Part shown: positions 26,094-32,000 of the stretch, in pieces
How the letters are laid out: the number at the start of each line of letters is the position of its first letter
Position numbering within the stretch: position 1 is the stretch's first letter
From: Candidatus Paracaedimonas acanthamoebae
GTDB taxonomy: Bacteria; Pseudomonadota; Alphaproteobacteria; Caedimonadales; Caedimonadaceae
Direction of reading: 5' to 3'
Assembly: GCA_000743035.1 (NCBI GenBank)
Contig: CP008939.1
Location: forward strand, 30,001-62,000
DNA: 32,000 bases
Notes under the pieces: model-generated
Seen by the model: only the letters and a program-made list of their open reading frames with translations
Told to the model about the DNA's origin: nothing
The model's database searches: none
Translations under genes and position numbers: made by a program

Positions 26094-26109
26094 ATGTGTC
26101 TAGACACAT
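26094..26109. promoter_or_regulatory. Perfect 16-bp palindrome upstream of rep1 (operator-like)
   Basis: ATGTGTCTAGACACAT lies 93-108 nt upstream of the rep1 start. It is embedded in the larger imperfect symmetry GGGTATG...CATACCC (26081-26114). Confidence 0.4.
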
Positions 26110-26157
26110 ACCCCTAACTTGTGCAATATTAGTCATACGATTCTTCCTTCATTGGTA

Positions 26158-26206
26158 GGTTGTACAAGAGGCCCGCAATTGACGTCGAAATCATAAGTGC
26201 GGGCTT
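26158..26206 (+). other. Stem-loop, hairpin family member 2
   Basis: GGTTGTAC (26158-26165). Stem AGGCCCGCA (26169-26177) pairs with TGCGGGCTT (26198-26206, one G-T pair). The loop is ATTGACGTCGAAATCATAAG. The flank and loop are shared with 24258-24306 but the stem sequence differs. Confidence 0.4.
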
Positions 26207-26599
26207 CTCTACTTTATTTTCTTTATGCAGCTCCAGTTTTTATTTCTCTTAAAAAAGGCTCCAGTAACCCGAAGATTACTGGAAACAAGTTTACAGGGAG
26301 GCTTATCGAGAAAACTATTCTCGATACTTAACACGGGAGCCGCGTTAAACTATTTATATTAAAATATGATTTAACTGTTCATATGATGAACAAATAACCA
26401 TAATTAACTCTTAATATTTTTCTCAAAAAAATTATTTTGATCTTCCTGTTCTATAACCCCAAAGTACATATATATTTTTTATATGTTATTATTTTATGCT
26501 TGTCAAGAAACTTTTTTGTATGTTTCTAATATAGAAACATTTTAAAAACTATTTTAATGAGGAGTGAGGTTTTATATATAAAAATTTATATACTTCTAC

Positions 26600-27499
26600 T
26601 CATTTGCGTTTGTACTTAATATATGGGTATGTTTTAATAATTTTAAAGGGTAGCATTAGAATTATGTTGCTTAAAGTGATGAGTACACTGGCATATAATG
26701 TGTTTTTTGATGGAAATTCTCTCCAAATTGTCCATCCCATTAACATAGAAATAGGAAGCATTAAGTAACTTATTAATGATATTGTAGTCAAATTATTAAT
26801 TCTTAAACCATACGTGTATAAAAAACTTGCAACAATATGTATAATGGCCATAAAAGAAAAAATGGTTAGTTCGTGTAAGTTGACTTTAATTTTACTATAA
26901 TCTATGAAAATTAAGGATATACCTATACAACATAAACTATAATAAAACATAATCGAGAATATTGTTTCTGATACGGGCATTTTTTTAAATACTAAAACAG
27001 CTAAGGATATACAGAAAGCTGCTCCTATAGCGTATAAACCATGAACGCTTAAAACTTCATCATTTGGCCTAAAAGCTATATAAATTCCTACAATACACAT
27101 AATAAATGAAATCATTTGTTGATTTGTAAGTTTTTCTTTTAAAAATATTATGCCTAGAATTGTCATAAATATTGGATTTAAAAAATACAAGTATTTATAA
27201 GAATATAACTGTAATCCTGCTAAAGCTTTTGTTGCAAATATTAAGCTAGTTGCTGAAAAAAAAGATCGAAGCAAATGCATTTTAAGGTTTTTGGTCTTAA
27301 ATAGCGCTATTTTTTTTAATATGAATGCTGATGGTGCTAAAAATATAATTAATAAAATGCTTCTATAAAGCAATATTTCATAAGTTGTATATGTTTCGGT
27401 TGATAACTTGAGCAAACTTTCAGACAAGCAAAATAAGATGCTTCCTGAAATAAGTGAAATGTATTGAAAATAGCTACTATTAATTAATTTATTTAACAT
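26600..27499 (-). CDS. EamA/DMT-superfamily transporter
   Basis: 299 aa, about 10 hydrophobic helices in two halves. Divergent from the LysR gene. Confidence 0.7.
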   Translation of the reverse strand: MLNKLINSSYFQYISLISGSILFCLSESLLKLSTETYTTYEILLYRSILLIIFLAPSAFILKKIALFKTKNLKMHLLRSFFSATSLIFATKALAGLQLYSYKYLYFLNPIFMTILGIIFLKEKLTNQQMISFIMCIVGIYIAFRPNDEVLSVHGLYAIGAAFCISLAVLVFKKMPVSETIFSIMFYYSLCCIGISLIFIDYSKIKVNLHELTIFSFMAIIHIVASFLYTYGLRINNLTTISLISYLMLPISMLMGWTIWREFPSKNTLYASVLITLSNIILMLPFKIIKTYPYIKYKRK

Positions 27500-27644
27500 T
27501 ATGAGTTACCCATATGTAATAATTTTAAATTGTGAAAGAACAATTTTCATTGCTACTTCAATAATAACATTATAAATATCAAATATAAGAAAAAATTTTC
27601 TAAAATAAGAGATACATTTTACTGGATGAGGAAAAAAACATCCC

Positions 27645-28562
27645 ATGAGCCCAATGAAATTTAATATTCCTAACAATTTAGATTGGGAGTTACTTAAACG
27701 TTTTAATATTTGTACTCATTCTTCCACATTTGCAGAGGCAGCTAAGAAAATCAAAACTAGCCAGGGTGCTTTAAATAGGCAACTTGACACATTAGAAAAT
27801 GAACTTGGAAAAAAGTTATTTTTAAGAACAGCTAAATACCGTTCTATGGAATTAACTCCTGATGGTAAGGATTTGAAAAATATTGTTGATCAAGTTTTTG
27901 ATATAATATCAAAAAAGATTACAAGAAAAATACCCTCAACTTTAAATCAAGAAAGAAAAAAAGTACTAAAAATAATATCTACCCCAGGTTTATCTACAAC
28001 TTTACTCCCTAATGCTCTTTCCGAATATGTTCATTTTAATAAAGAGATCCGCATTGAATTAAGTGCTCAAGTACCACCAAAAAAATTAGATGTTGGAGAA
28101 GTTATCATAAGAAATGATTTTCTTCCTCAAAATAACCTTAAATTTGTTAAATTATGTTCACTATCAATGAGTTTTTATGCATCTTCTTCTTACTTAAGTA
28201 CCCAAGGGGTTCCATCTTCTTTTGAAGAATTAACAGAACACAGCATTTTAACTACACATTATTCTAATATTTCAAGTACCGATAAATATGCTATAAGCCA
28301 AAAAAAATCAATTATTATTGAGCCATTGTTTCAAGCTGACTATATTGATTTTCTTGTAGAAATGGCTTATAGAGGCCATGGTATTTTATCCTTGCCTGAT
28401 CTTCACCCAGCAACAAGAAATCTTATTAAAATAGATTCAATTCCTGCTCAGAATGAAGAAATTCAAGCAGCTTTTCTTGATATAGCTGAACAAGATTCAA
28501 GTATTTATAAGTTTATTAATTATTTAACCACCTATTTAGAAAGAAATAATCATGGAAACTGA
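27645..28562 (+). CDS. LysR-family transcriptional regulator
   Basis: N-terminal HTH (LLKRFNICTHSSTFAEAAKKIKTSQGALNRQLDTLENELGKKLFLR) followed by a ~200-aa substrate-binding-type domain. Confidence 0.75.
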   Translation: MSPMKFNIPNNLDWELLKRFNICTHSSTFAEAAKKIKTSQGALNRQLDTLENELGKKLFLRTAKYRSMELTPDGKDLKNIVDQVFDIISKKITRKIPSTLNQERKKVLKIISTPGLSTTLLPNALSEYVHFNKEIRIELSAQVPPKKLDVGEVIIRNDFLPQNNLKFVKLCSLSMSFYASSSYLSTQGVPSSFEELTEHSILTTHYSNISSTDKYAISQKKSIIIEPLFQADYIDFLVEMAYRGHGILSLPDLHPATRNLIKIDSIPAQNEEIQAAFLDIAEQDSSIYKFINYLTTYLERNNHGN

Positions 28563-28635
28563 GATAATATATGAGAAGACCACACCGATAGAAAATTTTG
28601 AAAATTTAACTGATGACTGGTATGCTCCTTGGTAA
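28552..28635 (+). CDS. Mini-ORF A: 27-aa candidate precursor or signal peptide METEIIYEKTTPIENFENLTDDWYAPW
   Basis: The ATG at 28552 overlaps the LysR stop by 11 nt. Stop TAA at 28633-28635. It is a paralog of mini-ORF B, sharing P-(x)-I-E-x-hydrophobic...E...(D/N)-D-W-Y-x-x-W-stop. It is below the 60-aa ORF-track cutoff. No strong SD. Confidence 0.4.
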   Translation: METEIIYEKTTPIENFENLTDDWYAPW

Positions 28636-28751
28636 ATGATGAGGTATTAGTACCAAACCATCAAGCTACAAGAAGTTTAGAAAAGATTACAACAATACTG
28701 TTCCAAACCATGGACACTCTTATTAGATATTTAAATGTTGCGGGAACAGGG

Positions 28752-28781
28752 TTCAATAATTTTCAATTTTATTGAATTTTT
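28752..28781 (+). terminator. Weak AT-rich hairpin plus T5 between the two mini-ORFs (possible attenuator)
   Basis: TTCAATAA (28752-28759) pairs with TTATTGAA (28769-28776), with a 9-nt loop, then TTTTT (28777-28781). Confidence 0.25.
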
Positions 28782-28810
28782 ACTCAAATTTTTAAAGGAT
28801 AAAAATAACC

Positions 28811-28900
28811 ATGACCTCAAAGACAAGTTTAGTTAATGAATTACCTCAAATAGAAGAAGTTCTCGAAAGCACGATAAATGATTGGTATATAACTTGGTAA
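28811..28900 (+). CDS. Mini-ORF B: 29-aa candidate precursor or signal peptide MTSKTSLVNELPQIEEVLESTINDWYITW
   Basis: AAGGAT lies 10 nt upstream of the ATG at 28811. Stop TAA at 28898-28900, only 7 nt before the oxygenase GTG. The stop region also supplies the oxygenase SD (TAAGG). Confidence 0.45.
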   Translation: MTSKTSLVNELPQIEEVLESTINDWYITW

Positions 28901-28907
28901 GGTCTAA

Positions 28908-29651
28908 GTGTTAAAAATAACTCAGGAAGGCCCAGGATTCATTGTATGGGATGATTTTCTAAGTAAAGAAAATCATCGGCTTGTATGGAACTATATTCAG
29001 AGCGAAACTCTAGAATTTGTACATCAAAAAAAATGGGTTAAAGCATTTCGATTAACTGATGGAGAGCCTTTATGGGGGCCTCCTTACCTTTCTGATCCTT
29101 ATACCCCAGACATAAAAAGTATTGTATATCCTACTAAAAAAGGAATCGACCTTTTTATCTCTGAACTTAAAAATTTAGCACCTCATTGCGAGCATATTAT
29201 TGGTAAACAAGGGCAAGACTGGGCTTATTTTTTTGCACGTGCGTATATTTATCCTAAAGGTACGGGATTATCTTGGCATAGGGATAATGAAAACAGTGCA
29301 CAAGGGGCTTTTGTTTATTATGCACACCAGGAATGGGATCCTCAATGGGGCGGAGAATTTTTAATATCTTCTTATGAAACACAAAAGTTAAAATACCCTG
29401 AATCAGAACTTTATGGTGGTGAAAAGAAATACTTAGGGTCACATTTAGATAATACCTTTGAAAAAGAAACCTTATTAAGTTCAGGAATAGGGACTTATAT
29501 TATGCCTAAGCCAAATAGGCTTATAATAATAACTTCTGGTATTATTCATTGTATTAAAAAGGTAGAAGAAGCAGCTGGAAATAAAGTTAGAGCTTCAATT
29601 ACTGGTTTTTTTCAAGATCCTGCAATGCTTTTAAAGAAAAGTGAAAATTGA
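28908..29651 (+). CDS. 2-oxoglutarate/Fe(II)-dependent oxygenase (prolyl-4-hydroxylase-like fold)
   Basis: Facial triad H124-R-D126 (SWHRDN) and H214 (SGIIHCI). R228-A-S230 is a 2OG-binding RxS. WGGEF and PNRLIII strands are typical of the family. GTG start 5 nt after AAGG. Confidence 0.75.
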   Translation: MLKITQEGPGFIVWDDFLSKENHRLVWNYIQSETLEFVHQKKWVKAFRLTDGEPLWGPPYLSDPYTPDIKSIVYPTKKGIDLFISELKNLAPHCEHIIGKQGQDWAYFFARAYIYPKGTGLSWHRDNENSAQGAFVYYAHQEWDPQWGGEFLISSYETQKLKYPESELYGGEKKYLGSHLDNTFEKETLLSSGIGTYIMPKPNRLIIITSGIIHCIKKVEEAAGNKVRASITGFFQDPAMLLKKSEN

Positions 29652-30095
29652 TTTATGTTTTAAATCATAAATTGGTGGGGGTGAGTTTCCTCTTTAAGCA
29701 TCCCTGTTGGTTATTTTAGTATCTAAGGCTTTCTCCCCAATTCGCCTTAAATAACTTTTTGGAGACTATGGCAGCCCCCTGCTGCTCTTACTAAATGTAG
29801 TATATAAGAATCATTTTAAAAATATCAAGTAAAAAGTTGTTGATTTCATTATGTTTTATCTCATTTGTTGCAATAAAAGATTTATATCTCATTTTTTAAA
29901 AAATTAATGTATCGTTAATCAATTAGTAAGGTATTGTTAAGATTATATTAATAGTTTTTTAATAAATTCATGGTTGAATTCCTCAGGGTTTATATACTCA
30001 TCAAAAGTAAATTTATCCCTAATCTCAGCATGGAACTCTTTATCCTTAAAAATAGCAAACATTACATTGTTCTCTTTTTTCCTTCATCCTATCTC

Positions 30096-31364
30096 TCAAA
30101 CAGTAAAGCTAAGATAATTAATTTTTGTGCTATTAATCTCTTCTAAAGCTCTTTGAATTTCTTTCTCATACTTTTTTTGGAGATAATCTTTATAAAATCT
30201 GCTTGAGGCTTTAAGCTCAGCTATATGTTCATTGGAATCATTGTTTCCTAGATAAGTTAAGTCTAACTCTTGGAAATATTTAGCGGCATTGCCCCCTACC
30301 CTTTCAGTTAAAAGCAAGCATGCTTTAATCCATAAAGGATGTCTTGGAAGTTCTAAGAATTCTTGCCTAGTTTCCTGAATAACTCTCTCAGCCTCTTTTT
30401 GTTGTTGGTCTTTGCTTAAAACAACTTCTCGATCCCCCAGGGTAAAATCCCCTGCCTGAATTCTTTCAAAGCTTTCATGCTGGATGGCCCATGAGAGCTT
30501 AGCCTTAAAATTTGTATTCTTCTTCTCTCCCATTAGGAACTTGGAAGAAGCAATTTGGCGGCAGTACGTCCGCCAAAGGTCAAAGGAACTTTCAAAGGTT
30601 CTCTTGAAAGCGTTGTTCAGATTTGTGATGAGAGTATTTGAAAGAAAGCTAACATCTAACCATCCAATTTCTTCCATCCAAATATTTTTCATTTCATTTG
30701 CAACCTTCTCCTTCTCAACATTTTGTAATGAGAGAGAGGTTGGATAGAGAGAAGAAGATGAAGTACTTTCTGTAAAATCATTATTCTTCCCCCCTATAGT
30801 CCCCCCATAGGAATGGCTGTTTGTGTCGTTACTGGAACGGTTGCTCAAAAGCACCTCTTCCCCCTTCCCTTTAGCAACTCTCTTAGGACTAAGCTTAGAA
30901 TTTTCCTCTTTTTGGGCCTTATTCTCAAGGTTCAAAGGCTTATTAGCTGATTTCTTTTCTGCTAATGCTTCTTTAGGTTGGTCGGGAGTCTTATTACGAA
31001 CAAAAAAGGTTCGATTGGTTTTTCTGTCATGATAACTTGCATAGAGTTTACCTTGAAACTTATCTTCAGCTTTCATGAATTCTGTTTTGCTTTTATAGCG
31101 GATGCCAATAGTATCAAAAGCTGCATTAAAGACACGGCGCGAAAATCCTAGTTCCTCAGTCCAGCTGTCTCCTAATCGATATAAGCGATGTTTGCAAGGC
31201 TCTAAGAATTTATAGAAGCCTTGAGGATATTTAGAAAACCAATAATCAAGTTGGCCTCTTATAAGACCTAAATATGGTGAGCCTAGCTCAGGCTCAGGAG
31301 TACGATAACATAAAATCACAAAGGATTTTTTAGGGCACAAAATCCTATTAGGTAAAACACTCAT
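30096..31364 (-). CDS. Replication initiator-like protein (Rep paralog 2)
   Basis: The central and C-terminal blocks are homologous to Rep1 (IWMEEIGWLDVS..., YCRQIASSKFLMGE, LSWAIQHESFERIQAGDFTLGDR, HPLWIKACLLLTERV). The N-terminal ~150 aa are different. Preferred start is the ATG at 31364, 7 nt after AGGAG. The track start is 31379. Confidence 0.55.
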   Translation of the reverse strand: MSVLPNRILCPKKSFVILCYRTPEPELGSPYLGLIRGQLDYWFSKYPQGFYKFLEPCKHRLYRLGDSWTEELGFSRRVFNAAFDTIGIRYKSKTEFMKAEDKFQGKLYASYHDRKTNRTFFVRNKTPDQPKEALAEKKSANKPLNLENKAQKEENSKLSPKRVAKGKGEEVLLSNRSSNDTNSHSYGGTIGGKNNDFTESTSSSSLYPTSLSLQNVEKEKVANEMKNIWMEEIGWLDVSFLSNTLITNLNNAFKRTFESSFDLWRTYCRQIASSKFLMGEKKNTNFKAKLSWAIQHESFERIQAGDFTLGDREVVLSKDQQQKEAERVIQETRQEFLELPRHPLWIKACLLLTERVGGNAAKYFQELDLTYLGNNDSNEHIAELKASSRFYKDYLQKKYEKEIQRALEEINSTKINYLSFTV

Positions 31365-31408
31365 TTGTTTTCTCCTCATGTTGAGGTGCTACAAACAAGC
31401 TTTTCCCG

Positions 31409-31436
31409 TTGACAAAATCGATAAATTCGATAATAT
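31409..31436 (+). promoter_or_regulatory. Near-consensus sigma70-type promoter pointing away from rep2
   Basis: TTGACA (31409-31414), a 16-bp spacer, then TAATAT (31431-31436). On the opposite strand TATTAT (31435-31430) gives a face-to-face -10 for rep2. The whole region is bracketed by the imperfect inverted repeat GGTGCTACAAACAAG (31385-31399) / CTTGTTTCTGTGGCACC (31461-31477). Confidence 0.4.
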
Positions 31437-31442
31437 CTAAAT

Positions 31443-31517
31443 TACAGTATTCGGTGTTGCCTTGTTTCTGTGGCACCATTTTATATAATAAAAGCCTTGG
31501 TTCCAGCCAGGGCTTTT
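31443..31517 (+). ncRNA. Hypothetical ~75-nt small RNA (promoter to terminator-like hairpin)
   Basis: Starts about 7 nt after the -10 at 31436. Stem GCCTTGG (31494-31500) pairs with CCAGGGC (31507-31513, one G-U), extendable with A-T pairs, followed by TTTT (31514-31517). Confidence 0.25.
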
Positions 31518-31604
31518 AAGTCTTCTATGAAATTTATATCATACTTTTTCCTTTTTATTATGAAAGTCATTGTTTGAATAATTTTAGTATATGTCAAGCA
31601 TAAA

Positions 31605-31900
31605 ATTATCAAAAAGATATTTAAATGATATCAAAAAGGTATCAAAATTATATATAAAAAATATCATATGTCGTATGGTTTAATATCTTTATGATAGCTA
31701 AATCATATCGAAATGATATATTTAAAAAATTAAATAACAAGGTCTCTTACATTTTCTTAATTACACACATAAGTAATTTAATATAATGATCCTACTCATA
31801 AATAATTATAAGAAGCAGACGATATTTAGATTAATAGCTTAGCCAAAAATTTTAAAAAAAGATATCATAAAAAAATCATATTGATATCATAATGATATTA
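31605..31900. repeat. Phased TATCA/GATATCA repeat array between rep2 and parA (candidate centromere or iterons)
   Basis: TATCAAAA occurs 3 times with TATC starts at 31607, 31629 and 31640 (spacings 22 and 11 bp). GATATCATAA occurs twice at 31861 and 31883 (22 bp apart). Additional ATCATAT/ATGATAT half-sites lie at 31661, 31702, 31713, 31874 and 31891. Confidence 0.5.
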
Positions 31901-31936
31901 ATATAATGTTTATATGATTTTGAGAAAGGATATTAT

Positions 31937-32000
31937 ATGATTATATTAATAGGCGGCGAAAAAGGCGGCCCAGGTAAAACCACTATTGCCACAAACTTAG
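31937..32000 (+). CDS. parA: ParA/Soj-family partition ATPase, N-terminal 21 codons only (runs off the window)
   Basis: AAAGGA lies 6 nt before the ATG at 31937. MIILIGGEKGGPGKTTIATNL is the deviant Walker A KGGxGKT. Confidence 0.65.
   Translation, partial: MIILIGGEKGGPGKTTIATNL

Noticed and set aside
26191-26204. TAAGTGCG inside hairpin 2 resembles the RSF1010/R1162 MOBQ oriT nick region (TAAGTGCGCCCT)
   Set aside because: Only an 8-mer matches, which is expected about once by chance in 32 kb on two strands. The sister hairpin has TAAGCACA instead, and there is no relaxase gene in the window.
28709-28774. Third small ORF between the two mini-ORFs (MDTLIRYLNVAGTGFNNFQFY), also with an aromatic C-terminus
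   Set aside because: It has no SD-like sequence and no leader or core similarity to the DWYxxW peptides. Its 3' end lies inside the AT-rich hairpin. It is most likely a chance ORF in AT-rich spacer DNA, but worth a look if Ribo-seq data exist.
29943-30062. 39-codon ORF just downstream of rep2 (MFAIFKDKEFHAEIRDKFTFDEYINPEEFNHEFIKKLLI), positionally analogous to the DUF3310 gene after rep1
   Set aside because: It has only weak purine-rich sequence upstream and no similarity to anything I recognise, in an AT-rich context. It cannot be supported as a gene without conservation or expression data.

Overview
AT-rich accessory region saturated with insertion sequences and carrying plasmid hallmarks. 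It has two paralogous Rep-like initiators, a parA start with phased repeats, a RelE/RHH toxin-antitoxin pair, and decayed conjugation and Tn3 remnants (traW and resolvase fragments, a VirB2-like pilin). The taxon cannot be determined from the sequence. The secreted Sel1-repeat, coiled-coil and NLS-tailed proteins suggest an intracellular or amoeba-associated Gram-negative host, at low confidence. Main content, left to right: (1) an MBL-fold protein and a Sel1-repeat protein. (2) A cobalamin riboswitch in front of an ATP-cone-less nrdA-nrdB pair, bracketed by IS6-like and Tn3-like end remnants. (3) Several small secreted or unknown cargo genes, each separated by solo IS6-like ends. (4) Two apparently identical 2854-bp copies, in inverted orientation, of an IS3-family element that itself carries an IS110-family element. 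They flank a 5-kb segment containing an 882-aa coiled-coil protein, an intact IS6-family element, the TA pair and a traW fragment. (5) A rep1 operon. (6) The most interesting locus: EamA exporter <- -> LysR, then two unannotated mini-ORFs (27 and 29 aa) whose peptides both end in D-W-Y-x-x-W-stop, then a 2OG-Fe(II) oxygenase. I read this as a candidate, apparently undescribed, ribosomal peptide modification or signalling cassette. (7) rep2, a repeat-rich region and parA. All calls rest on reading motifs by eye. No database search, folding or statistics could be run.
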